Below, piece by piece: positions 36,739 through 47,098 of a DNA stretch of 64,000 nt. The notes beneath the pieces are model-generated. The model was given only the letters and a program-made list of their open reading frames with translations. It was not told the origin of the DNA and searched no databases. Position 1 is the stretch's first letter. Every line of letters begins with the position of its first letter. Both the position numbers and the translations under genes were made by a program. Location: IMG/VR virus record IMGVR_UViG_3300037297_000066, positions 373,332-437,331 of that record; one strand, 5' to 3'.

Positions 36739-39700
36739 GTGGGCCTTTCCGTCACTGGTTACGTAGTGGAGGCCCCAAGAGTCGGACAGGGGAACTCCCC
36801 TTTCACGGCTACCCCCAATAGTGTCATCTCGGATCAGGCGGCTTTCAACGCAGCCTATCCTTCGAACGAGTCTGCTCCTCGAACCGAATACCTGGTTTTC
36901 GTTCTGACCGACGGCAAGCTTACGGCTGCTGTTTTGGGGTGGACGAGAAACGAGGTCATCAACCGGTTTGACTACGAAGGTCAAGAGGGGCGTTTCAAGC
37001 CGTTGCCGGGAGCCGCTCTAATCGAGGTTGGGGTTCTAGCCTCTGGCTCCAACACCAACCGTCTCACCGCTCCCATCCCAATCAGCACCGACTTGGTGAC
37101 CTATCCCATGCGGATCTCGGTGGGATCCGGAAGTGGGACTACGTTTACCGTCTCCCTGGTAGCCAACGATGCTGCCTTGAACTCCCCTGACCCGCCCTCG
37201 GGGACGGTCCAGCTTTCTTTGGAGTCAGGGGATTTGGGGTGGGCCCCCGCGGATTTGGTGACCTACGAAGGGCAGGATGTTCGAGCTCAAAGACAGACGT
37301 TCTACAAGTTAGACCAGTCGGCCAGTATAGGAGCCATAGACGGAGTTTTGCTCCTCAATCCTTTGCCCGCTACAAGCCAGTCTCCGCTCGTTCGGATCGG
37401 GTTTGGCGAATACCTCACGGCGATTGAGAAAGCCACAGAGGGGGCGTTTTCAGCGAACCCAACGGCAGGTACGGTTGAGTGGGCCCGGAACACTGGAAGG
37501 CTCAAGTTCAACTCGGGAGACATTTCCTCTAATTCCGGACGTCCGGTCTACTATGACGGGGTCTTGATGTCCGCCAGTCTGACAGTACCGACCCAAACGG
37601 TGGGCACCGTTGATTCCCCGGGGTCGGTTTTTCCAGTCCCTTCCGAGGATAGCGATCTCTACTTCCGGGTCCCTGGGGTGGTGCAGTTTGAGCAGACCCA
37701 GTTCGTGGACACTCTCACATCGGGAAAGGCCGGAGTAGTCCAGATCAACCGAAGCACCGGGGTTGTGAAGCCCTCTGATGCTGACCAGGCTACCTATGCG
37801 GGGGAAACGTTGCAGGCTGTTCTCCCGGACGTTCCTATCGAGCGAGGGATGTCCCTTCGCCTGTTCCGATCTCCTGTGGATTTGGAAGGGGCTAACCCTG
37901 CGGTCAGAGACCTGGCGGCCTTCCACGAGAGTGAGGGAGCCACGCTGTCGGATCCCATCATTGCCGTACCTCAGGTCTACTTGCCAGCGGTTCCTGTAGA
38001 TACCCTCCCTCTTTCCGTAGACGTGTCTCAAGGGACAGGCTCTTTCACACCCGGGGCTCTTCCTCGCTTGGATGTCACGTCGCCCCCGACAGGCTACGGG
38101 TATGTTCTGGATTTCGAGAATCGGCAGCTGCTTTACGCTCGTCGAGAGGAGAACCAGGTTTTGGGGGCTCCTCAGGACTACGGGGCAGTTCAGCTTCCAA
38201 ATCCCCTGGTCTTCTCTTCCAACTTGGTTCTAGAGGTTGAGGACACTGCTGGTGGCGGAACCTACACGCCGTTGGTGTTGGGAACAGATGCCCTCATCGA
38301 GTATCCCCCGGGCCTCGTCACTCTGATTGCCACAGAGGGGAGCTTCGTTCTTTCGGGCACGGCTGGCTCCATCTCTGGAAGCACCTTCACGGACGCCTCC
38401 CAAGACTTCACGGTTCCCCCCGTGTTGGCTGGTGATCTGCTGGTCATTACTAGTGGATCCGCTCAAGGGGTCTACACTGTCAACACAGTAGCTGCTACCA
38501 CTCTTGGTCTGGAAGAGAGCTACTCTGGTTCTGAGACTGGAGTGGCCTACGAGATTCGTAGGGGTCAGGAAATCCTGGCAGACAGGTATTTCCAGGAGGT
38601 TCTTCCTCTCGACCCTAACACGAAGGTGGAGCGTCTAAACGCTTTGGGTACCACCACCAACTCCCCCAGGCTCAACATCAATGTTTCCTTTGCCTCGGTG
38701 AGTCGGTTCAGATTCGGCAAGACAACCTTTGCCACGACGGTTTCGCTAGTCATCGATGATGGGTCTTTCACTGCACCGTCCTTGATGACGGCGGGGCAGG
38801 TGGAGATCAGTCTCGATACGGGCAACCTGAACTTCAGTCAAGATGACGTGCTTGCTGCCGAGACGGTCTACTGGGTGAAGGAACTGGATCTAGGGAAAGA
38901 CTACAAGCTGCAGCCAGACCTGGGCTTCATTGAGTTCACCGAACGGATGTTGGAGTTGGAGGAGGTCTTGGTCACCTACAAGACCTCTGACGGGACCTTA
39001 GTTGAAGAACGAGGGACCTTTTTGGTTCGAAAAGAGGAGGTCTCACATCCGACAGCCACCTCCACCATGACCTTCAACCCTTCAGGGAGAGAAGCCGCTG
39101 AAACGCCTGCTCCCAGGGTCTTTCGAGGGGGGCGCCCCCAGACCTCTGCTCAGGTCACCATCGATGTAGCTACTTCCACCATTACCTTCTTACCTAGCAC
39201 CCAGGTGACAGATGCTCTTCCGGCTGGAATTCCAGTAGACCCTGTTGAGAGCGTCTACATCGACTACTATCTCTACCAGGCTTTCGGAGGAGAGAAGACT
39301 CTCTCGGTTCTACAGCCTCCTATGCTGAACGTTCCGGTTCAGATCACAGAGGGAGACACTTCTTTTGAGATGGGGGGAGATCGTACACCTGACTTCCTGG
39401 CTAACTACTTGCTCAAGGTGGATGAGTCACAGGTCTACCTCATTGCCTCGTCGAGCTACGACAGCTTGACCGAGAAGACCACGATCAACATTGTAGCTGG
39501 TTCGGGAGACAACCAAGGCTTCCTTGATGATTTCCGGAACCCTTCCTTGGCGGTCACTTCTGGGCCCACCCCTCTTGCTTCTTATTTCCAGGTGGAATCG
39601 GGCTCTTTTGAGGCCACTCCTCGGGGATCTAACACGCTTCGTTTGAGTGGAGATCTGACTCAGACTTACACGAAGGGAGTTGTGATCTACTTTGACGGGG

Positions 39701-42594
39701 GGAGCACATACACGGATCTCAATCTGGTGGACGGCTCTGTCTACGACAAGGATACGGATCGAACGGAGGTTACCTTAGCTTCCAATGGAGCTCGTCAGTA
39801 CAGCTCAACTCCAGGTCTTTTGAAGCGTTCTGTGAGAGCTATTTTGGGGTCTCCAGTGGCTCAGGCCAATACGGCTCGGGCCCCCATCCTAAGCGAACCC
39901 AGTCCAGACTCTCCTATCTTCCAAGGCTCTCTTTACGTAGTTTTCCGGAAGGCCGAGGGGGAAATCGGAACCATCCTGACAGAAGGAGAAGACTACACCA
40001 TTGACGGCTCTGGGCTGGTGGTCTTCACGGATCCGTTAGGCTCTGATGAGGAGCTTTCAATTCTTTACTCGGGCAATCGGTTGGTAGAAGCCGGCCGACG
40101 TTTCCGGGTTTCATACACCTACGGGATTGGGCCGGATGACAGCAGCAACGGGCTCTTAGATCAGGTCCTCACCATGGACTACGTGGCCTACATCCCGGAT
40201 TCTTTCTTCTGGAGGGTCGAGACCTACACCAACTTCCGAGGGGAGTTGGCTGAGCAGTATGAGGATGAGGCCAAGGCTTCCGTTCCTTCTGGGGGGCCCG
40301 TTTTGGAGAATGCTCCGGCGTCCCGACTTTACGAGCAAGGGGTAGAGTCTGAGTTTTTCGATGAGAGATACCTGTCCAACGAAGATGTGGTGGCCCGAGC
40401 TACTCTCAAGCTCTACAACGACATGGTTAACTATCTGGAGGATGCCCTTCAGCATATGGATGGCCGGGTAGTAGGTGATCAGGATGGTCGGTTCTTGTTC
40501 GACGGGAATCTTGACAACCCTGATCGAACTTCTTTCGACGATGTCACCAACCAGATCGACGACCGCTTCAAGATCAGTCCCGCTCCCTACGAGGTCAACT
40601 TCCCTCCCTTGTCGTTGGTTTCCGTGGGGACCTACCAAGAGGTCTACAAAGCTGCCCCAACCAGTCGTTTCTATCCTACCCAGAGACAGCTGTTTTCCGG
40701 GGTGGACTATACGGGAACACCTGATACAGGAGAACCGATTGGGGCTGTAGGTTACGAGAACGTTACCGGTCTCAATGGAGTAGAAAAACGGTGGCCCTGG
40801 GCTATCGTGACGGAGACGGCAGAGGCCACAGCCACTCAGCTTTCGGTGGACTATGCTCAAGGGGATGAAACGCTGCTACGGCCTCCTTTCTCCTCGGGGG
40901 ATACGGTCACTGTGTACGCCCCCAATCGAGTCTCAGTTCTCATTTCGGCCGTAGCTGTGGTGGGGGTTCCCAACGGTACTACCATTCAGCTAGGGACCCT
41001 GGGGGTGATCGTTCCCAGGGGTTCGGCGGTGGTGCTCGACAAGTCTGACACGAACTACCGAGACAAGTACTCTGTGGGTTGGGATCTTGGCTTGGATTCT
41101 GAGCTTGGACTACTGACCTACATTGATGCGGGCACCTTTTTCACCAACAACCCCCCTCCAACGGGAACCATGTTGGACATGGTGGCTGGCCTTCCGGCAG
41201 CTTACACAGATCCCGAGCGTTTCCCTGCTTTGGATGGCCTTACCACGGATGACGATGGGAATCGGGCCCTGCCGCCCCTCAACCCCTACTATGAGTCTGA
41301 GCTAGGAGGATCCGAGCATATTGGGTATCTTTACCGAGAAAGAGAGGCGCTTGAAGGTGGGGGACGCTTGAGGGATGCCACTCAGGCACCGTTCTTGGGG
41401 GTGGGGGATACCACAGGCACGATCATTAACCTAACTAGCCCAGCTACTTTCCCAGCTCCGGCTCCTCAAGCAGGGGACTTGGTACGCATTCTGGATGGTA
41501 ACCCTGCCAACACGGCGAACTTCCGGAGAATCATCTCGGCGACAACCAACAGTGTTACTGTTGCGGGTGGGGATAGCTACGTTTCGGACACTGGGTTCAA
41601 CTTCACGGTCACAGTCAGCAACAACCTGGAGTCTGGTTCTGGGACAGTCAGCCCCGCTACTCGTCTGACTGATGGTTCGGCTACCTTCCAAAGCAACAAC
41701 GTGTTGCCAGGGCACACGGTGGTTTTGAACAACACCGAAAGACGTCAGGTGACAGCTGTGATCTCCGAGACTCAGCTCAACATCACGGCGGCTTCTTTCA
41801 CTGGGGGGGCTTCCTATCGAGTGGAAAATCCTCGAAGCACGTTTGGGGGTAGTAACTCGATTCAGGACGACGTTGTAGACTTCCTGAACGGAGAGTTGGG
41901 AGCCCTTTCTACGAACACTCCTCCGGGCCCTTATGGGCAACGAACAGCTCTTGGGAAATACTTAGACGAAGCCTTCTCCTACATCTATGTAGCCTATGGA
42001 GGCAGCGTTAGTGGGAGCACGCTCACGAGCGGCGGAGCTCAGTTCCTAGACGATGCTCAGGCTGGGGACTACATCTACGTCAAGACGGGGGCCAACACTG
42101 GTGTTTACCGAATAGACTCGATCACGAGTCAAACAGCTTTGGAGATCGAAGGCACTTTCCCCTCCGCCGGAGCCGTCACTTACTGGCTTGCCCAGACGAG
42201 TTTGGCTACTCAAACTGCCTTGGAAACGGTGGGAGAGGTGATGGCTCGTATTGACGACGCCATTGCTGAAACCACCACCTTCTTGAGTTTGGCCAGTACT
42301 CAGATTCCTGTTTCGGGGGATGCCGGAGCCTTTGCTCTAGGTTGGCTGACTTCGGACATGACCAGTCGGGTATCTGAGATCAACCTTCGAATCAGTGCCC
42401 TCACGACGGATGTGCCTTTACTGGAAGACATTTTGGCAGCCACTGACCGGCTCTACGACAAGAGGTACGTATGGATCGATGCAAGGATCAATCGGGAGAA
42501 CGGAATCATAGTGAGGAAGGAACGGGCGCAGGAGAGCCGGTCGAAGAACAAGAGCAAGACGCTGAAGGCACTGACGAAACTCCTGACGACGTAA
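36739..42594 (+). CDS. Very large (1951 aa) baseplate-associated structural protein with repeated beta modules
   Basis: AGGAG upstream of GTG. Beta-rich with recurring modules. Lies between spike and wedge genes. Confidence 0.75.
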   Translation: MGLSVTGYVVEAPRVGQGNSPFTATPNSVISDQAAFNAAYPSNESAPRTEYLVFVLTDGKLTAAVLGWTRNEVINRFDYEGQEGRFKPLPGAALIEVGVLASGSNTNRLTAPIPISTDLVTYPMRISVGSGSGTTFTVSLVANDAALNSPDPPSGTVQLSLESGDLGWAPADLVTYEGQDVRAQRQTFYKLDQSASIGAIDGVLLLNPLPATSQSPLVRIGFGEYLTAIEKATEGAFSANPTAGTVEWARNTGRLKFNSGDISSNSGRPVYYDGVLMSASLTVPTQTVGTVDSPGSVFPVPSEDSDLYFRVPGVVQFEQTQFVDTLTSGKAGVVQINRSTGVVKPSDADQATYAGETLQAVLPDVPIERGMSLRLFRSPVDLEGANPAVRDLAAFHESEGATLSDPIIAVPQVYLPAVPVDTLPLSVDVSQGTGSFTPGALPRLDVTSPPTGYGYVLDFENRQLLYARREENQVLGAPQDYGAVQLPNPLVFSSNLVLEVEDTAGGGTYTPLVLGTDALIEYPPGLVTLIATEGSFVLSGTAGSISGSTFTDASQDFTVPPVLAGDLLVITSGSAQGVYTVNTVAATTLGLEESYSGSETGVAYEIRRGQEILADRYFQEVLPLDPNTKVERLNALGTTTNSPRLNINVSFASVSRFRFGKTTFATTVSLVIDDGSFTAPSLMTAGQVEISLDTGNLNFSQDDVLAAETVYWVKELDLGKDYKLQPDLGFIEFTERMLELEEVLVTYKTSDGTLVEERGTFLVRKEEVSHPTATSTMTFNPSGREAAETPAPRVFRGGRPQTSAQVTIDVATSTITFLPSTQVTDALPAGIPVDPVESVYIDYYLYQAFGGEKTLSVLQPPMLNVPVQITEGDTSFEMGGDRTPDFLANYLLKVDESQVYLIASSSYDSLTEKTTINIVAGSGDNQGFLDDFRNPSLAVTSGPTPLASYFQVESGSFEATPRGSNTLRLSGDLTQTYTKGVVIYFDGGSTYTDLNLVDGSVYDKDTDRTEVTLASNGARQYSSTPGLLKRSVRAILGSPVAQANTARAPILSEPSPDSPIFQGSLYVVFRKAEGEIGTILTEGEDYTIDGSGLVVFTDPLGSDEELSILYSGNRLVEAGRRFRVSYTYGIGPDDSSNGLLDQVLTMDYVAYIPDSFFWRVETYTNFRGELAEQYEDEAKASVPSGGPVLENAPASRLYEQGVESEFFDERYLSNEDVVARATLKLYNDMVNYLEDALQHMDGRVVGDQDGRFLFDGNLDNPDRTSFDDVTNQIDDRFKISPAPYEVNFPPLSLVSVGTYQEVYKAAPTSRFYPTQRQLFSGVDYTGTPDTGEPIGAVGYENVTGLNGVEKRWPWAIVTETAEATATQLSVDYAQGDETLLRPPFSSGDTVTVYAPNRVSVLISAVAVVGVPNGTTIQLGTLGVIVPRGSAVVLDKSDTNYRDKYSVGWDLGLDSELGLLTYIDAGTFFTNNPPPTGTMLDMVAGLPAAYTDPERFPALDGLTTDDDGNRALPPLNPYYESELGGSEHIGYLYREREALEGGGRLRDATQAPFLGVGDTTGTIINLTSPATFPAPAPQAGDLVRILDGNPANTANFRRIISATTNSVTVAGGDSYVSDTGFNFTVTVSNNLESGSGTVSPATRLTDGSATFQSNNVLPGHTVVLNNTERRQVTAVISETQLNITAASFTGGASYRVENPRSTFGGSNSIQDDVVDFLNGELGALSTNTPPGPYGQRTALGKYLDEAFSYIYVAYGGSVSGSTLTSGGAQFLDDAQAGDYIYVKTGANTGVYRIDSITSQTALEIEGTFPSAGAVTYWLAQTSLATQTALETVGEVMARIDDAIAETTTFLSLASTQIPVSGDAGAFALGWLTSDMTSRVSEINLRISALTTDVPLLEDILAATDRLYDKRYVWIDARINRENGIIVRKERAQESRSKNKSKTLKALTKLLTT

Positions 42595-42731
42595 GTCCGA
42601 AATGGGTCCGGAAGGAACGTTTCGCCATTCAGGATCGCATGATTGATGTGGTGAAGAAGACCATTGAAGCCGCTAAGGCTGAGAGAGACGCAGCCAAGAA
42701 GAGACTGAGGAAGCTGCAGTACGGAAGATAG
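42471..42731 (+). CDS. Small hypothetical protein overlapping the end of the 1951-aa gene (start uncertain)
   Basis: The only + ORF that spans the 42595-42734 gap. Acidic N-part and basic coiled-coil C-part. Confidence 0.5.
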   Translation: MDRCKDQSGERNHSEEGTGAGEPVEEQEQDAEGTDETPDDVSPKWVRKERFAIQDRMIDVVKKTIEAAKAERDAAKKRLRKLQYGR

Positions 42732-42734
42732 TCT

Positions 42735-45044
42735 ATGGCCAATTGGCAGTCGTTCGTCATCCAGGTACCCGGCAAGGACGTTCTTGAACCAGTCAGGAAT
42801 GTCCTAGAGACGCTACTCATTTACCTGGAGATCCTGAAGGCTATCCTAGACACCATCAAAGCGGCCCTGATTGACTTCGGAAACCCGATCAAGGAACTCA
42901 TCGAGGCCCTTCTTAGACTCATCGAAGAGCTTCTGCAATCTCTGAAAGCCACGGGTGTTTTCGCCTATTTCGACGTGCCTGATCCGTTGGTAGACCCCAA
43001 CTTTGACGCCTACCATGGGGGCTTCCCAGCTTTCACTACTCGCTGGAAAGGTTCTTTGCTGGATTCTCAGGATCCGAATCGTCCCCAACCCAGAGCAGGT
43101 ACCAAGAGTGGTTTCGTCATCCTTCTAGTGGATGCTTCTGATCCTTTCACGTTGCTGAATCGGTTGAAGAACCTTCTTCGCTTTTTCAGCAAGGAGTTCA
43201 CTGCTCCTCGCTATGCCGCACCAGCCAACTTCCGAGCTGTACCGGTTGGCTCGGATGGGGATCCAATTCTGGCAGTGGCTAGCATGTTCGATAGTGAGAT
43301 CGAAGCTATCGAGGTCATGTGGACGCTGCCTACTTCTCAAGAGGTTCCTGATCCGGGCTTCCAAGACGTCGTAAGCAAGGTGGCTCACGAGTTTGTTCCC
43401 CCTACCTTCTTGCTGGAACGCTCCAACATTGCTCCTAGCCGGGACCTTGATGCCACGCTACGGGGGTCTGACGGGAATCCGACTTCGGGCGTCGTTGACC
43501 AAGACATCATGCGTTCGGAGGACGATGCTGGGAAGGTAGTTTTCAGCAATGCTCAGAGCTTTGCCTTTGCCCGGGATGAGGTGGGTTACTCGATAGAGCC
43601 CCTTAAGGATGAGAATGGGGACCAGGTCCTGAAGTTCCAGAAGTACATCAAGATCGATCCCACTGATGTAGCCGCTATCTTTGGCCAGTTGGGAACTTTC
43701 CGGTACTTGGACTCGGACATCGAAAGGGATGTCACCTACTACTACCGGGTGCGAGCCTATTCAGGGGATTTGGACATCGATGAGACGGCCAATATGGTTC
43801 GTTTCCCAGGCAGTCTTGAAGCTGGCGGAGCTTCCGGTAGAGGGGACTACTTCTTGCGGTGGCCTTCGACCAGCGGGGGGGTAGTCACCATGGGAGAGCC
43901 CACGAGCATCGTGTCGGCTATCGTGCCTACGGTGCCCGAGGACTTCAACGTCATCGAGACTTTGAGAAGGTTGTTTCAGGCGGCTTTCTCTCTGGATTTC
44001 CACCTTCCTTTGGAGGCCAATGCCACCTTCGATGACAACGGACTGCCTACAGGTAGTACCGAGTCTTTGCAAGTGGGGCGAGGGTCTTTGCAGGACTATG
44101 CAGGTATTGTAGCTACGCTCTTTGCTTTGGGCAGCATTGAGGAATCTGGAGAAGCTCTAGGGCTGACTGAGGCAACCGCTGTCCCCAGGACGGAAGCAGA
44201 GATCTTGGAGGACATCGGAGAGGCGACGGCCAATCGTTCTTCCATCAGCTACCCTTGGCAGAACTTCGTATTGAGAAGGCACTCTGCTCGGCTGGCGGAC
44301 ACGGTAGCTTCTGCCATGCTGGAGGCTTCTCATGTGGGGGCGGCTGGCAACTTCCAGGCCATCATGGAAGGTTCTTGGCCCAAGACTCCCATCCCCGACA
44401 TCGACGTGACGGTGGATGGTGTAACTAGACCAGCCCAGAATATTCGGGAGCTGGTCTATGCGATGACGGGAACGGAAGACGATCCCAATCAATCAGCTGC
44501 CTACAATGCGCTCTATCCGGGGATAGCTACCGAAGAGTCCATCCGAGTCTACTTCCGGTCCTATGACAACACAGCTCCTCGGATCAACATCTTGGCAGCC
44601 GTCAAGTTCATACTCTCTTTTACCTTGGGAGGGGTGCCCCCGGATTGGGAAGCGGTGGTCCCTTTGCGGGACATCATCCCGTGGTCAGGGCAGTACATCT
44701 ACGACCTTCTTGAGCTCATCCGTAAACTGATTGCGGCCTATGAAGGGATCATCCAGGAGATCAACAACTTCATTGAGCTGCTGGAACGGAAGATTGATGC
44801 TCTGGAACGGCTCATCCAGTTCCTGATCGACATCTTGAACATCATCGAGAGTTTGCAGGTGGGTGCCTACATGCTCAGTGCCAGCGGCCTCAGTGGGGAC
44901 GTTTCCACCTGGTTGGACGTGATAGACAACGCTGGAGGGGACATTCCTCCTTCGGGGCCGGGGGGCTATTCGGCCGGCGTTTCGTTTGCTTACGTGGCGG
45001 TAGATGTAGCCGCCTTTGAGGAAGCATTTTCGATCATCTTCTAG
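42735..45044 (+). CDS. Hypothetical baseplate-region protein (helical termini, FN3-like middle)
   Basis: FN3-like 'APANFRAV..IEVMWTLP' and 'YLDSDIERDVTYYYRVRAY'. Amphipathic helices at both ends. Confidence 0.7.
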   Translation: MANWQSFVIQVPGKDVLEPVRNVLETLLIYLEILKAILDTIKAALIDFGNPIKELIEALLRLIEELLQSLKATGVFAYFDVPDPLVDPNFDAYHGGFPAFTTRWKGSLLDSQDPNRPQPRAGTKSGFVILLVDASDPFTLLNRLKNLLRFFSKEFTAPRYAAPANFRAVPVGSDGDPILAVASMFDSEIEAIEVMWTLPTSQEVPDPGFQDVVSKVAHEFVPPTFLLERSNIAPSRDLDATLRGSDGNPTSGVVDQDIMRSEDDAGKVVFSNAQSFAFARDEVGYSIEPLKDENGDQVLKFQKYIKIDPTDVAAIFGQLGTFRYLDSDIERDVTYYYRVRAYSGDLDIDETANMVRFPGSLEAGGASGRGDYFLRWPSTSGGVVTMGEPTSIVSAIVPTVPEDFNVIETLRRLFQAAFSLDFHLPLEANATFDDNGLPTGSTESLQVGRGSLQDYAGIVATLFALGSIEESGEALGLTEATAVPRTEAEILEDIGEATANRSSISYPWQNFVLRRHSARLADTVASAMLEASHVGAAGNFQAIMEGSWPKTPIPDIDVTVDGVTRPAQNIRELVYAMTGTEDDPNQSAAYNALYPGIATEESIRVYFRSYDNTAPRINILAAVKFILSFTLGGVPPDWEAVVPLRDIIPWSGQYIYDLLELIRKLIAAYEGIIQEINNFIELLERKIDALERLIQFLIDILNIIESLQVGAYMLSASGLSGDVSTWLDVIDNAGGDIPPSGPGGYSAGVSFAYVAVDVAAFEEAFSIIF

Positions 45045-45049
45045 TAGGC

Positions 45050-45844
45050 ATGGCTCACGACACGTATCTCGGGACCTTCAACCAGGCGCAGTTCGAACGC
45101 TTTCTGGAGTTCGCCCGCAGTCAGCTGTCCTTGATTGAGGCCAGGCAGGCCCATCTAGCGGCAGAGATGACCCGGGTGGGGGTAGTAGTTTTCACGTACT
45201 CTTCAAATGGAGTTCCGACAGGCTACTCGGCCGATCCTTCTACCTCATACCTGGCGAAGCTTCTGGCGGCCTATGAGGTGCTCGGAGGCAATCCCTTCAT
45301 TGACCTGAGAGCTCGGGTCAAAACGACCCCTGTGTTCGTGGTGGCAGGGGATGAGAACGTGTCTCCTAACCTCATGTCGAGTGGTGACGTGATCGCCCAG
45401 AAAGGGCTTTCTGATGCCACGACGGCACAGCTGATGCGCCAGGCCCGGAGCTGGCTGGATGAGACCCTGTGGAGTCGGTCAGGGCGCCTAGAGAGGCGTA
45501 TCAGGAGAGCTCTGGACTACTACGATGCTCTTCAGGAGGAGTTGGATCATCTGACGGTCATTCAGCAGGCCGTGACTACCAAGGGGAGTTTGGAGGAGGT
45601 AGCAGCCCAAATCTCAGTGTGGATCAATGACCCGAGCTATTTAGCTGTTTTGCCTTTGTCGGCAGAGATAGACGCCTACGGTTTCCAGAATCATGCTCCC
45701 GAAGCCCCTTATGCCCCACCTGTAATGACCACTCCGGATGGGCAATCCCTCACGAACCCCAATGCTGTGGGTCGTGTGGCCGGAGTGGAGGGTACCCAGA
45801 AGTATTCTGGCGGTATTGCAGAACCAGGACAGAACCAAGGATGA
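45050..45844 (+). CDS. Hypothetical baseplate-region protein
   Basis: 264-aa helical ORF with ATGA overlap to the next gene. Confidence 0.7.
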   Translation: MAHDTYLGTFNQAQFERFLEFARSQLSLIEARQAHLAAEMTRVGVVVFTYSSNGVPTGYSADPSTSYLAKLLAAYEVLGGNPFIDLRARVKTTPVFVVAGDENVSPNLMSSGDVIAQKGLSDATTAQLMRQARSWLDETLWSRSGRLERRIRRALDYYDALQEELDHLTVIQQAVTTKGSLEEVAAQISVWINDPSYLAVLPLSAEIDAYGFQNHAPEAPYAPPVMTTPDGQSLTNPNAVGRVAGVEGTQKYSGGIAEPGQNQG

Positions 45845-46980
45845 GTTTCGACCGAAAGATCGATCAGGTATGTCCCCACGAGGTGGTGGCAGAGCCCTTG
45901 TATTTGAGCACCGACAGGCAGACGGTTCGCCCACTTCGTCCTATCGGCTCATTTCGGTCTGTTCGGTTGCGGCTCAATGGCTTGATCGAGGTTCCAAGCG
46001 AAGGGGTACACATAGCTGCCAGGGCTATGGGTTCTAGACGGGGGCCCTTCAACATCACTTCTGGTGTCAACGACTCGATGGTAGTGCAGGTGAATCAGGG
46101 AGACGAGCAGATACTCACGGCTCCTCCTGGCAATAGTATCCCAGCCTCTAACCTAGTTTCTGCACTGAACCAGCAAATCAGCAAAGCTCGTTTTGAGGTC
46201 TTCAACGAGACCCTTCAGCTGAAGTCCGAAGCTATAGGCCCTTACGCCAGCCTCTTCATTGGTTCGTCAGGTAGTTTGGCTACTACTTTGGGGCTCACTC
46301 AGAATCGCCTGTGGCGTGGCGTCCAAACAGTGCCCGGTTGGTCATTGGTGAACCTGCCAGGGGCGCTTCCTGATCGACCCCTTCGTCTTGTTCTGTTTGA
46401 CGAGAAGCTCAAAGGCTTTTCGGACTACGTGGAGTTGGATTACGCCACTATTCGGCAAGAGTGTCGTCGTTGTGGAGGAGTGGGGGTAGAGAACGACTGG
46501 CGCTACACTCAGCAAGGAAATACTGTCGAGGTTCGAGACGAGGCTCTTTTGATCCAGGAGATCCTCAAGTTCACCTACACAGTCAAAGGTTCCAACCGAT
46601 TCCATGGCTGGTACGGAACTAGCGTCTTGACGGTGGTGGGACAGAAGTTGTCGAACGGGGGCTTGGTTCAGAACATCCTTTCATCTGAGTTGCAGGAAGG
46701 GTTTCGTCGTTGGCAGAACATCAAGAAGCAGCAGGAAGAGACCGTGGGGCAAGAGGTCTCTGACGCTGAGTATCCTCTAGCAATCTCTGCCGTCAACGTC
46801 GAGCAGAGCACGGAAGATCCAACGGTCATTTACGTTGGAACCACCGTCATCAATCGTTCTCGGCAACCTATTCAGATAGAGCGAGGAGTCAGAGTCCCAG
46901 AACCTTTGGACCTACTTGGATCAACAGCGCAAGAAGGTGTGATTCGTCAGTCTCTCAGTGGCTACTCTCGTATCGGGTAA
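45841..46980 (+). CDS. Baseplate wedge / sheath initiator (gp25/gpW-like) with N-terminal extra domains
   Basis: C-terminal 'LLIQEILKFTYTVKGSNRFHGWYGTSV' resembles the gp25 T..GER...P.YG motif. CRRC Zn knuckle. Directly upstream of the gpJ-like gene. Confidence 0.78.
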   Translation: MSFDRKIDQVCPHEVVAEPLYLSTDRQTVRPLRPIGSFRSVRLRLNGLIEVPSEGVHIAARAMGSRRGPFNITSGVNDSMVVQVNQGDEQILTAPPGNSIPASNLVSALNQQISKARFEVFNETLQLKSEAIGPYASLFIGSSGSLATTLGLTQNRLWRGVQTVPGWSLVNLPGALPDRPLRLVLFDEKLKGFSDYVELDYATIRQECRRCGGVGVENDWRYTQQGNTVEVRDEALLIQEILKFTYTVKGSNRFHGWYGTSVLTVVGQKLSNGGLVQNILSSELQEGFRRWQNIKKQQEETVGQEVSDAEYPLAISAVNVEQSTEDPTVIYVGTTVINRSRQPIQIERGVRVPEPLDLLGSTAQEGVIRQSLSGYSRIG

Positions 46981-46989
46981 GTCTTTGGT

Positions 46990-47010
46990 CTCTGCTGGTG
47001 AGCCGCAGAG
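46990..47010 (+). terminator. Intergenic hairpin after the gp25-like gene
   Basis: CTCTGC(T)GG-TGAG-CCGCAGAG followed only by a weak T-run. Confidence 0.3.
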
Positions 47011-47098
47011 CTGGCTTTGTTAGAACTCATTTCTCCCTGAAAGAATCTATGTCAACCCAAAATTATCCTTTTTGAGGGAAAGCCTCGGGTAAGCAACG

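Noticed and set aside
47050-47055. Perfect TTGACA on the minus strand in the gp25-gpJ gap
   Set aside because: No credible -10 hexamer at 16-18 nt spacing and no antisense gene to drive.
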